NCBI GenBank assembly: GCA_018334835.1
Contig: JAGXLF010000004.1
Location: 1 to 60,846 of the forward strand
DNA from: Thermoplasmatota archaeon
Lineage (GTDB): Archaea > Thermoplasmatota > Thermoplasmata > Halarchaeoplasmatales > Halarchaeoplasmataceae
Reading direction: 5' to 3'
Length of the DNA stretch: 60,846 nt
Shown: positions 1 through 8,903 of the stretch, piece after piece
Numbering within the stretch: the stretch's first letter is position 1
Layout of the letters: each line of letters starts with the position of its first letter
Position numbers and translations under genes: made by a program
The notes under the pieces: generated by a model
Databases searched by the model: none
Told to the model about the DNA's origin: nothing
The model's input: only the letters and a program-made list of their open reading frames with translations

Positions 1-64
1 TGATAATGAACTCCAGACATGTAGAAAAAGCTAAAACTGAACTTCAGTTCAAGAGCTTCATTTA

Positions 65-379
65 TTATTTAAGAGAATAACTCCCGCCTTCGATCCTAAT
101 AGTTTTTCCTTCTGTAAGAGCCTCAGCGACCTTCTTCCTGGCGGATTTCAGATCATTCCAAAGCGTTTTTCTACAGACGCCCATCTCTCCAGCAGCCTCC
201 TCTTGAGTGAGATTTTCTCTGTCAACCAGTCTCAAAGCTTCAACTTCTTCCACCTTCAAGCTGATCGTTTGGATTTCTTCGTCTGTTTCAGGAGAGAAAA
301 CTCTCTTGTCGGGGACCTTTGCGACTCTTCTCTTTCCCCTTCTGCGTCCTCTTCTCTTACCTCTTCTACGCCTTGGCAT
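65..379 (-). CDS. DUF134/UPF0251-like small HTH DNA-binding protein with an arginine-rich N-terminus
   Basis: ORF 65..391(-) trimmed to the internal ATG, giving MPRRRRGKRRGRRRGKRR. The core ISLKVEEVEALRLVDRENLTQEEAAGEMGVCRKTLWNDLKSARKKVAEAL resembles the sigma70-region-4-like HTH of DUF134 proteins. Confidence 0.7.
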   Translation of the reverse strand: MPRRRRGKRRGRRRGKRRVAKVPDKRVFSPETDEEIQTISLKVEEVEALRLVDRENLTQEEAAGEMGVCRKTLWNDLKSARKKVAEALTEGKTIRIEGGSYSLK

Positions 380-453
380 CGTGTGTAACATTCCGCTTCT
401 AAATAATAACAGTTTTCATTCATCTAGAAATAAAGATAAAGAAAAAAAGGTTT

Positions 454-837
454 TTACTCGGTCAGTTCGTCTAGCCTTTTTTCTACTAACTCTAGCTCTT
501 CTTCCAGCTGATCTGCATATGCTTTCAGGTCTTCAATTTCATCTTCCTCTGTATATTCACCGTAGTAAGCTCTTTGTCCCTCTGTTGTTCTAGGTGCTCT
601 CCGAACCGGAAAAGGTCTTTCCACCGGGGCTATCGGAGGTGCTCTTCTCAAACCGCGTCCTCTTCCACCTCTGAAACCTCTAGCTAATCCTCTTCCGATC
701 CCACGGCCTCTACCTCTTGCTAGACCGCGGCCTCCTGCTTTCGTAAAACCTGGTGTAGAATGACCAGTACAGTAACCGAGTCCTCTTCCTGTTGCAGGAC
801 CTAATCCTTCGGGTCCGGTTCCATCTCCTCTTGGCAT
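454..837 (-). CDS. DUF5320-like protein with an RG/RGG-rich linker and an acidic C-terminal coiled coil
   Basis: ORF 454..924(-) trimmed to M30. It has the characteristic N-terminus MPRGDGTGPEGLGPATGRGLGYCTG, then GRGLARGRGRGIGRGLARGFRGGRGRG, then EDLKAYADQLEEELELVEKRLDEL. Confidence 0.65.
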   Translation of the reverse strand: MPRGDGTGPEGLGPATGRGLGYCTGHSTPGFTKAGGRGLARGRGRGIGRGLARGFRGGRGRGLRRAPPIAPVERPFPVRRAPRTTEGQRAYYGEYTEEDEIEDLKAYADQLEEELELVEKRLDELTE

Positions 838-936
838 GTTGATCACATTAGTACTATTATGAGAATAAATATTTAAAGTTTTTGTACATATGAGTAAAAT
901 TTTAATACCTATGTACATTAGCATAACTGTGATAAA

Positions 937-1272
937 ATGTCCGATGTTAGAGAAAATGTAAGAGATTTTAAAAGAGCAAAAAAAGCACTAATGGAAATCG
1001 ACGAACATGCAATGGGTGAATTTTCTGATTTTATGGATGAAGTCCTAGAGGAGAAACATCTAGATGTTAAGACTAAAGAACTGATCGCATTGACCACGGG
1101 GATCACCGCTAGGTGTAAGTATTGTATCGACATCCATACTGAGAAGGCTCTAAAGGCCGGAGCGACCAAAGAAGAGATACTAGAGGCGGCGTTTGTAGCG
1201 ATAATGATGGGCGGCGGACCGGCTATGACTTACGTAGCTGAACTAAAAAAGGCTTTAGATGAATTCGAATAG
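937..1272 (+). CDS. Carboxymuconolactone decarboxylase (AhpD-like) family protein
   Basis: 111 aa. KELIALTTGITARCKYCIDIHTEKALKAGATKEEILEAAFVAIMMGG matches the CMD/AhpD helical fold, including its CxxC..H motif. Confidence 0.8.
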   Translation: MSDVRENVRDFKRAKKALMEIDEHAMGEFSDFMDEVLEEKHLDVKTKELIALTTGITARCKYCIDIHTEKALKAGATKEEILEAAFVAIMMGGGPAMTYVAELKKALDEFE

Positions 1273-1704
1273 GAACTCATCTATCTCTTTTTCCTTTTTT
1301 AAACACCCTCTTTCTCTTGTATCATTTATTTGATATTCACATTCTTTCCTTTCACCCGTTTTTAAGTAATGGTAGTAATGTTCTGTCCATTTAATTTTTT
1401 TTAAGTTTTACTAGAGTTTTCTCACTAATATGATGCTCTATTTCACAGGCATCCAATTTCGCCTGCTTTTTCTCTAAACCTATTCTCCGAAAAGTAAAAA
1501 TATATAGGTTGCAATAATTTTAAATTTTACTATGTCTGCTCAAAGAATATAAAAGCATTCCAGAAAAGTCCTAGGTATAGTTCTCTTTGAATATGCAATA
1601 GGAGTGTGTGATCCACTCTATCGCTATAGAATCTCAATGTTATTCCTACATTCCTTCCTTTTTATTATATCTTACATAACATATTAGAAGTTGAGGGGTA
1701 TTTA

Positions 1705-2952
1705 TTAGGGTGAAAAGTCAGTCCTTTTACTATAAATGAGAGTAGAAATTATCACAGCTGGAACTGCAATCCATCTACCGAACCCCGGTATAGCCCAACC
1801 ATCTTCAGAAACTATCCTTCCTTCTGTTTCCATCCTAATATCTTCAAAATCATCTTCGATCTCTATTTGTCCGCCTTCCCAGTTTACGTAATAATAAAAA
1901 TCTTCTAGATGTCCTTCCTTTCCATCATCTACCCAGCTCGTAAATCGAAGTGCATCCCGGAAATAAAATTGATCGTTCACTAGATCTATGTTAACCCATC
2001 CACCCGAACCGTTTTCAGAGACAAATTTTGTTCTTATCCAACCGTGTCCTCCCCATCTTTGCCCTCCACGGTCGTAAAGCACGCCGAGCTCCATCCAAGC
2101 AGGTATCCCTACTGCTCTTGAAAGCGAAGCATACAGGAAAGATTGTTCGTCGCAATCTCCAGTCTCACTTTCTAAAACCCAGACAGCATGTTTGGGCAAA
2201 CGCCCAGTTTCCCCTATTTCATAGTCAATATTTTCATTTATCCAACCATAAATCGCTCTTGATTTATCATACACGTTGTCTTCACCTTGTACGATATCTT
2301 CAGCTTTTTCTTTGATTGCAGAGTGATTTGGTTCGATCATCACATCTGGTTGATCATCATCATTCCGATCAACGCGATTCCCATCGTTGTCTTTTACATT
2401 CCATTGATTTTTGTTATACTGTTCTTTCAAATCTTCTGAAATATCGTCGACCGTTCCCGATTCCTCTCCAGAATAATCCCAGGAAACGGTCTTAGTTCTC
2501 ACGGAATAATCAATCTGTATCTCTTCTGAATCTTGAGAATCTATTTCACGATCCCAAGATTTCCAATCAGACCCATATTTCTGATGGATCTCAGGTTCAA
2601 TATTTGGACTCATATCATCTATATATTGGATGTTATTTCCCGAGATGTTATAAGGTACAGCCAATGTTAGATTATAATCCATTGAGTTTCCTCCTCTATT
2701 ACCGATATTTATACTCCTCCGTATAGTGTAATCCGCTTTTTCTGGATATACTCTTCCAACGCCCCACGGACCATTAAAGAAATCCATTATCGGTCCTAAA
2801 AATAATGCAGTTAGGATCAAGAAAGCGATCAACAAAACTACCACTCTTTGTATGTAAGAAGTTCCTTTTTTCCCTCTCCGTTTCTCTCGAGTAGAGCTTC
2901 TCGGAGCAAATCTTTTATCACGATAGTAATCTTCACCGTCTGTTTTTTCCAT
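1705..2952 (-). CDS. Membrane-anchored transglutaminase-like cysteine protease family protein
   Basis: An N-terminal TM helix (VVVLLIAFLILTALFLGPI) and a C-terminal TM helix flank a transglutaminase core with Cys in ETGDCDEQSFLYASLSRAVGIPA, His in GGHGWIRT and Asp in WVNIDLVND. Confidence 0.75.
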   Translation of the reverse strand: MEKTDGEDYYRDKRFAPRSSTREKRRGKKGTSYIQRVVVLLIAFLILTALFLGPIMDFFNGPWGVGRVYPEKADYTIRRSINIGNRGGNSMDYNLTLAVPYNISGNNIQYIDDMSPNIEPEIHQKYGSDWKSWDREIDSQDSEEIQIDYSVRTKTVSWDYSGEESGTVDDISEDLKEQYNKNQWNVKDNDGNRVDRNDDDQPDVMIEPNHSAIKEKAEDIVQGEDNVYDKSRAIYGWINENIDYEIGETGRLPKHAVWVLESETGDCDEQSFLYASLSRAVGIPAWMELGVLYDRGGQRWGGHGWIRTKFVSENGSGGWVNIDLVNDQFYFRDALRFTSWVDDGKEGHLEDFYYYVNWEGGQIEIEDDFEDIRMETEGRIVSEDGWAIPGFGRWIAVPAVIISTLIYSKRTDFSP

Positions 2953-2985
2953 TGAACAAAATAGGATATCGGTTTTATATAATGA

Positions 2986-3666
2986 TTAGGCATCATCCTC
3001 TTGTTTGACTTCCTCTATCTTATCTTCTATGACTTCTGGAAAGATCTCATTGTAAACGTACAGGATCAAAAAACTTCCGTATATGAATCCTATCAATAGA
3101 ACTGCAAATGATGCAGAAAGATTTTCATATCCGAAGGTCCAAACAAAAGTCATCATGAAGGCATGAATACCACCCAAAAGTAAAGATCTACCAAAATATC
3201 TCCAAAACTCCCCTAAACTACTTCCATAGCCTATAATACCTCCAGTAGAGGCCCCGACGAAAGTGTAGTTGCAAGATATCAAAAACACGAACAATATAGT
3301 TGTGATATCTAAGGATGGCAACCCAGCTGAATAGGCGAACGTGAAGACCATCATAGCCGCTATACCTGTCCCAAAGGCTAACCCGTAAAAAGAAGAGTCG
3401 TAATTCAACCTGAATGGTTTTTGGATCATGGCAAAGAGCTTTATGGTCTCCACCAAAAGAACGATAGCAAAAGCCCATACCATCTCATCTAAGGGAAAAT
3501 AAAGTGAAAAAAATCCTACAAACATCCCTACACCGAGTCCAGCTAGTACCATGAATAGAGCTTTGTTTGCCTTGAAATATCTCTCGAACTCGCCGAGGAA
3601 GTAGTAAAGAACGACCAAAGCGGGGATGAAAACGACAATTCCCAATATAGTGGGTGGGCTAAACAT
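2986..3666 (-). CDS. Polytopic membrane protein with weak PrsW-like intramembrane protease resemblance
   Basis: 226 aa with about 7 hydrophobic helices. LLVETIKLF (ExxK-like) and GGIHAFMM are only weakly reminiscent of PrsW motifs, so the function call is tentative. Confidence 0.5.
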   Translation of the reverse strand: MFSPPTILGIVVFIPALVVLYYFLGEFERYFKANKALFMVLAGLGVGMFVGFFSLYFPLDEMVWAFAIVLLVETIKLFAMIQKPFRLNYDSSFYGLAFGTGIAAMMVFTFAYSAGLPSLDITTILFVFLISCNYTFVGASTGGIIGYGSSLGEFWRYFGRSLLLGGIHAFMMTFVWTFGYENLSASFAVLLIGFIYGSFLILYVYNEIFPEVIEDKIEEVKQEDDA

Positions 3667-3683
3667 GAATGTTAGATATCTAA

Positions 3684-4271
3684 CTAAAGAGGGATCTCCT
3701 CAACAGTGTGATATTCTGGACCTGTTTTCTTCAATATGCTTTTCTTGAGAGTTAGCTTATCCACTTTCCAAGTTGTGAAATCCTCATCCTCGTATTTTTC
3801 TATCGTGCTTTTCAATTTTTCCTTGTTCTTTCCACCTTTCACTCTAGCCACGGTGATATGGGGGGAAAATTCTCTATCATCTCTCTCAAATCCCAATGGA
3901 ACGAGTTCTTCTTCGACTCTGTGAGCTACATCGGCTAGAAGGGTAAAATCTTCATCTTTCGATGTTTGGGTCTCCTCTGAAGATACTTCAGATCCAATCC
4001 AGACCACTTTCATAAAACCCAGATGTGGAAAGGCACCTGTACCTTTTAGATCGATCTTGAAGGGGTCATAGGGCTCTAGAGCAAAATTAGTTTTTTCCAC
4101 TATCTCATCGACCATTTCTTCTTCAGTATCTCCTAGAAATTTGACTGTCATGTGTAGCTGGCTGGGATCGACCATATTGAGAGGAGCGCCCGTTCTCTCC
4201 AACTCGTCTATGAACTCATGCATCTTCTCTGTCGGCTCTACATCTATCGAAATGAATCCTCTAAATGTCAT
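3684..4271 (-). CDS. ligT: RNA 2',3'-cyclic phosphodiesterase / 2'-5' RNA ligase (2H phosphoesterase, LigT/ThpR)
   Basis: Two HxT/S motifs at the expected spacing (HMTVKFLG and HITVARV). At 195 aa the size is typical for LigT. Confidence 0.85.
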   Translation of the reverse strand: MTFRGFISIDVEPTEKMHEFIDELERTGAPLNMVDPSQLHMTVKFLGDTEEEMVDEIVEKTNFALEPYDPFKIDLKGTGAFPHLGFMKVVWIGSEVSSEETQTSKDEDFTLLADVAHRVEEELVPLGFERDDREFSPHITVARVKGGKNKEKLKSTIEKYEDEDFTTWKVDKLTLKKSILKKTGPEYHTVEEIPL

Positions 4272-4393
4272 GGGCTCCTATCAAAAAGGCCTTTCTTAAT
4301 TCTTTCGGGAGTTATTGCTCAACTCTTCCTCTCAATAACTCCACCTAACATTTATATCGTAAACGCACTTGAAGTGACTAAAAGGTGTCAAAG

Positions 4394-5107
4394 ATGGCAA
4401 GAGGAGACAGAGCGAATGATGAGCTGCGTGAGACTTCTATAAAACCACACTATCTCGAAAATCCAAAGGGATCAGCACTGATAGAGACCGGGAAGACCAA
4501 AGTTATCTGTACTGTGATGGTAGAGGAGTCCCTACCGCCTTGGATAAACGAGGAAGAAGCGGACCATGGTTGGCTTACCGCAAAGTACGGAATGCTCCCG
4601 GGTAGCGGAGAAGAACGGATAAGAAGAGAAAGAAGGGGAGCAAAAGGCAGAACCAAGGAGATACAGCGATTGATAGGGAGAAGTCTCAGAGCCGGCATAG
4701 ATTTAAAGAAAATAGGTCCGAGGACTCTATGGATAGACTGTGACGTTCTTCAAGCCGATGGAGGCACAAGAACCGCTTCTATAACAGGAGCGTGGGTCGC
4801 TTTAAAACTGGCTGTCCAGAGGATGATCGATGATGGAGATATCGATGAGGATCCGATGAAAAGGCAGGTAGCAGCTACGAGTGTCGGCGTCATAGAGGAT
4901 GAAGAAAGACTCGATCTCTGTTACGAGGACGATTTTAACGCAGACGTTGATATGAACGTGGTGATGGACCATGAAGGGAACTTCATAGAAGTTCAGGCTA
5001 CAGGAGAAGAGGCAGTTTTCACGAGAGAACAGCACGATAAACTTCTTGATCTTGCTGAAAAAGGTATAAAAGAACTTTTAGAGGCCCAGAAAAAGGTATT
5101 AAAGTGA
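4394..5107 (+). CDS. rph: Ribonuclease PH (bacterial-type Rph)
   Basis: GSALIETGKTKVICTV, GWLTAKYGMLPGS, GRTKEIQRLIGRSLRA and IDCDVLQADGGTRTASITGAWVAL are collinear with Rph. The ATG at 4394 is preferred over the GTG at 4385. Confidence 0.85.
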   Translation: MARGDRANDELRETSIKPHYLENPKGSALIETGKTKVICTVMVEESLPPWINEEEADHGWLTAKYGMLPGSGEERIRRERRGAKGRTKEIQRLIGRSLRAGIDLKKIGPRTLWIDCDVLQADGGTRTASITGAWVALKLAVQRMIDDGDIDEDPMKRQVAATSVGVIEDEERLDLCYEDDFNADVDMNVVMDHEGNFIEVQATGEEAVFTREQHDKLLDLAEKGIKELLEAQKKVLK

Positions 5108-5111
5108 GTTT

Positions 5112-7160
5112 TCACACAGACACTTCAAAACTTTTACCTTCTTTTTCAACATAATCGAATAATTTATCGTAAATCTCGTGGTAGGAAAGCGTTTCGGTAT
5201 CGCACAGTAATATCAGCTTTCTTTTAGCCCTGGTCAAACTAACGTTTAACCTTCTCAGATCTCTCAAAAATCCTATAACCCCTCTATCGTTGCTCCTGGT
5301 AAGGGACAGGACGATCACCTCTTTTTCTCTTCCCTGAAAACCGTCCACGGTGTCTATCTCCAATTCCTCCTTCTTCACTTTATTTCTGATCAGGTCTGCC
5401 TGATCTTTGTAAGGAGTGATTATCCCTATATCGGCAGCTTCTATACCAACATCTACATAGCTGGTAACAAGACTTTCAGCTAAGACGGCTTCTCCTGGGT
5501 TTTCTTTCGATGTTGAACCGGCCCTCGTCCTTTCGGACATCTCACCCTGAGTATCGATCAACGATATAGGTACTTCCGGATCGAGAACTTTTTCGAATTT
5601 ACCGTTTGGATCTTCTTCGATGATATCTTTCAATGTGTGTGTCTTTACCGTTTCGTCCGCAATCAGTTCTCCGTCATAGAATTCATCCGCAGAAAACCGC
5701 ATTATCTTCTCGTGCATCCTGTATTGGATCTTTAATAAAGTCTTGATATCATCTCCGTAAAGAGCTATCAGCCTTTCGAACATGGTCTCATCTAGACCCT
5801 CATCTTTAGCTCTCTCATTCAAGATCGTAGGCGGTAACTGTTTATGGTCACCAGCCATGACGAGTTTTTCGGCTTTAATCGCGGGTATCAAACAGGATGG
5901 CTCAGTTGCCTGAGTGGCCTCATCGATAACGCAGAGATCGAATTTTTCGTCCTCTAGAGCCTGCGATGCAGAGGAAGAATTGGTGGTGCAGACGACATCA
6001 CTTTTATCTAGTACTTCACCTACTGCTTTCTTTTCCAATCTATCGATCTTTTCGAAAAGCTCGTCAACGTCTTCCTGTATCTCTAGTGACTTCGCCATCT
6101 CTTTTATCTTCTGAGGAGGTATTCCTCTACTGCCTTTACCCTTCTCAGCTAAACTTTTTATGGCCTCGTTACTGAGTCCTCTTCTCCAACGACCGCTCGG
6201 ATAAGTGTATTCATCCTGCTTATCTTTAAGGTCGAAGGCTTTCTCTCTTAGTTCTTGAGCTTTCTGATAGGTATCGTTCTTTTCTAATATATAGTCAAGA
6301 GTGTGCTTTCGAAGAACTGGGGTCACTCTAGCGGGATGTCCGACTCTCACCACTTCTCTTCCTCTCGAGACCAAATGCTCCACGAGATTATCGACGGCAA
6401 CATTGGAGTCTGCACAGGCTAGAACTTCTTTTTCTTTTTCGATAGCCTGTTCGATTATCTCCACCGAAGTAACTGTTTTCCCTGTACCTGGAGGACCGTG
6501 GACAAGGTGAAACTCTTCGGATTCTATTGCTTTTTTGACCGCCTCTTTCTGACTTTCATTCAGCTCTCTATTGCAGAAATAGACCTTTTCTACAGGATTA
6601 GAGTGTCTATCTTTTTCATTCAACAAAGTATCTATCAATCTTCTCTTTTTCCCTTTCAAATCATCTATTTTTTCAAGAGCATCTAACATCCTTTGATAAG
6701 TGATATCGTTCACATAAAGATCGATCCGAACTTTATCGTACATCCATTCAGGGGGACGATCGTCGAACGCCGCTTTTAAAGAATACCCCGTCTTTTCAAT
6801 CACCGTCCCAGATGGATTATCATCGGATAACGGTTCGTTTTTGCTGATCCGGACAAGGTCCCCTACGCTTATCTCGATCTCCGGGAGCCCGTCTTTTCTT
6901 ACAAACTTCACCAAAAACTTTCCTCCTAAACCGATCCCGTCGTCTCTAGCGCGGGCATTCAAGATGGCTCTTCCTTCCTTCTGCCTTTCCCATCCAGAAA
7001 GCTGCTTCATCTCCCTCTCATGTCTCTCCATCTCTTCCTGTCTCTCAAGCTCGACAAGCTCGCTGAAGTGCTCTACGTACTCTTCGATCGAGTATTCTTT
7101 CTGACTTATCGATTCAGGACTTCCAGGTTCAACTATACTTAGGTTTTCTGGTCTTGACAT
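5112..7160 (-). CDS. Superfamily 1B (Upf1/Dna2-like) helicase
   Basis: Helicase motifs GPPGTGKT (I), DEATQ (II), GDHKQLPP (III), QYRMH (IV), VDGFQGREKEVIVLSLTRSN (V) and LNVSLTRAK (VI). The ATG at 7160 is preferred over the TTG at 7175. Confidence 0.85.
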   Translation of the reverse strand: MSRPENLSIVEPGSPESISQKEYSIEEYVEHFSELVELERQEEMERHEREMKQLSGWERQKEGRAILNARARDDGIGLGGKFLVKFVRKDGLPEIEISVGDLVRISKNEPLSDDNPSGTVIEKTGYSLKAAFDDRPPEWMYDKVRIDLYVNDITYQRMLDALEKIDDLKGKKRRLIDTLLNEKDRHSNPVEKVYFCNRELNESQKEAVKKAIESEEFHLVHGPPGTGKTVTSVEIIEQAIEKEKEVLACADSNVAVDNLVEHLVSRGREVVRVGHPARVTPVLRKHTLDYILEKNDTYQKAQELREKAFDLKDKQDEYTYPSGRWRRGLSNEAIKSLAEKGKGSRGIPPQKIKEMAKSLEIQEDVDELFEKIDRLEKKAVGEVLDKSDVVCTTNSSSASQALEDEKFDLCVIDEATQATEPSCLIPAIKAEKLVMAGDHKQLPPTILNERAKDEGLDETMFERLIALYGDDIKTLLKIQYRMHEKIMRFSADEFYDGELIADETVKTHTLKDIIEEDPNGKFEKVLDPEVPISLIDTQGEMSERTRAGSTSKENPGEAVLAESLVTSYVDVGIEAADIGIITPYKDQADLIRNKVKKEELEIDTVDGFQGREKEVIVLSLTRSNDRGVIGFLRDLRRLNVSLTRAKRKLILLCDTETLSYHEIYDKLFDYVEKEGKSFEVSV

Positions 7161-7270
7161 ATGGTATGCTCTCAATCAAAGGTTGTAATTTAATTCTTAT
7201 CCTTTTTTCTATCCCTAAACCACATGAAAATACCAAAAATTATTTTAAAAAATTCATCACTCGCTGTTCG

Positions 7271-7819
7271 ATGGAAAGATACGATATAGGAAAGTTGTTA
7301 CTGGGACTCGGCAGTTCAGTGCTAGGGATAGAAATCGTTTTTTTCTGGAACCTGATATTCTTTCCTGGCGGTGTGGGGCTCCTACTGATAGGCATTTATC
7401 TTATATCAATATCTAAAGAACAATGGAAGGAATCGGTAAAGAAAATCCTGCCATTCAGGCCGGGAAATCTTTTAAGATTTCCTAGGTTACCTTACTTTCA
7501 AACCGGGATAATGATCCTGTTATTTTTAGCCTCTATGTTTTTGATACTTCCTTCAGGCTATCAAGGATTTATCCTGGTATTGCTCGGGTTAGCAGTTTCT
7601 CAATCCATACTAACGATCCCTAAAGAGAATATCAAGGATGAATCTAAGATATTGATCGTTTTTCAGTTCCAACTCTTCATATTTTTCTCTACTTTCATCT
7701 ATGTGAATTTTGATAAATTGTATTTACTAGGCCGTGGACCCGCATACTTATCGTCTTTCTTCTTATTTACAGCATGGTTTTTGGAATTCCTTTATTTGTA
7801 TATTAAAATTTTAAAATGA
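7271..7819 (+). CDS. Hypothetical multi-pass membrane protein
   Basis: ORF 7154..7819 trimmed to M40, which removes the overlap with the helicase gene. It has several hydrophobic helices and no recognisable motif. Confidence 0.45.
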   Translation: MERYDIGKLLLGLGSSVLGIEIVFFWNLIFFPGGVGLLLIGIYLISISKEQWKESVKKILPFRPGNLLRFPRLPYFQTGIMILLFLASMFLILPSGYQGFILVLLGLAVSQSILTIPKENIKDESKILIVFQFQLFIFFSTFIYVNFDKLYLLGRGPAYLSSFFLFTAWFLEFLYLYIKILK

Positions 7820-7889
7820 AATGGGACTTCTTCATGAAAATGGAAAAAGTATCGGAAAAACCAAATACAGGTTCAGATTGATTTTATAG

Positions 7890-8831
7890 ATGATGTTGGA
7901 CAGGTATAGAGCTATCTTAAACGGTGAAATCGAGCCTTATTACCTCCGGGCAAAAAAACAGGATTTAAATACAGACTATTCAGAGCTCAGCCGGGAAGAG
8001 TTGTGGGGAGAGATCGATGAATTCAGACGAGAAAATAAGATCCCTCCTCTTGAGCTAAAGGTTGAACTCGCTAAAAAGATGGTGAAAGGATGTGAACTCT
8101 GCGAGCGTAAATGTAAAGTCAACAGAGAAAAAGGTGAAAAGGGATATTGTGATGTCACGGAACCTAAGATCTCTTCAGAGTTCTTACATATGGGAGAGGA
8201 GAGAGAACTGGTGCCTTCACACACTGTTTTCTTTGCCGGTTGCAATTTTAGATGTGTGTTCTGCCAGAACTACGAGATAAGTCAGTTAAATCAGGGCAGA
8301 AAACTCCCTGCAGAGATACTCGCCGAAAAAATAGAATCTGATGGAGGAAAAAATGTCAATTGGGTGGGCGGGGATCCGACACCTAATTTACATTACATAC
8401 TTGAAGTTCTGAGAAAGATGAAAAAACCTATTCCGCAGATCTGGAACAGCAACATGTACTTGAGCGAAAAATGCATGAAGCTTTTAAGTCAATTGATGGA
8501 TGTGTATCTTACAGATTTCAAATATGGCAATGACGAGTGCGCTAAAAAACTTTCAGACGTGGAAGATTATACCTTCGTTCTCCGAAGAAATCATTTGATA
8601 GCTGAAAAAACTGGAGATCTGATCATCAGGCATCTAGTTTTACCAGGACATCTTGAATGCTGTACCAAACCGCTGCTAGAATGGATCGATTCTAATTTAG
8701 GGAATCCAAAATTGAATATTATGACCCAATATAGGCCTGTTTGGCACGCAGACGAACATCCCAAAATAGATAGATACCTCAATAGGGAAGAAAAGAAAGA
8801 GATAAAAAAACTCCGGAAAAAATACTCGTAA
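7890..8831 (+). CDS. Radical SAM protein, PflX-like (pyruvate formate-lyase activase-related)
   Basis: CxxxCxxC radical SAM motif in AGCNFRCVFCQN, plus an upstream Cys cluster CELCERKCKVNREKGEKGYCDV as in COG1313-type proteins. Confidence 0.75.
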   Translation: MMLDRYRAILNGEIEPYYLRAKKQDLNTDYSELSREELWGEIDEFRRENKIPPLELKVELAKKMVKGCELCERKCKVNREKGEKGYCDVTEPKISSEFLHMGEERELVPSHTVFFAGCNFRCVFCQNYEISQLNQGRKLPAEILAEKIESDGGKNVNWVGGDPTPNLHYILEVLRKMKKPIPQIWNSNMYLSEKCMKLLSQLMDVYLTDFKYGNDECAKKLSDVEDYTFVLRRNHLIAEKTGDLIIRHLVLPGHLECCTKPLLEWIDSNLGNPKLNIMTQYRPVWHADEHPKIDRYLNREEKKEIKKLRKKYS

Positions 8832-8903
8832 GAGAGAACAGAAGTATTAAAAAAGAGTTTATCAATACAGCAGGCAGATAGAGAAGATATCTTACGTGAT
8901 AAG

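Noticed and set aside
4218-4442. 74-aa ORF in the ligT/rph divergent spacer
   Set aside because: It overlaps both the ligT start and the rph start, has no motif, and occupies what is more plausibly the shared promoter region.
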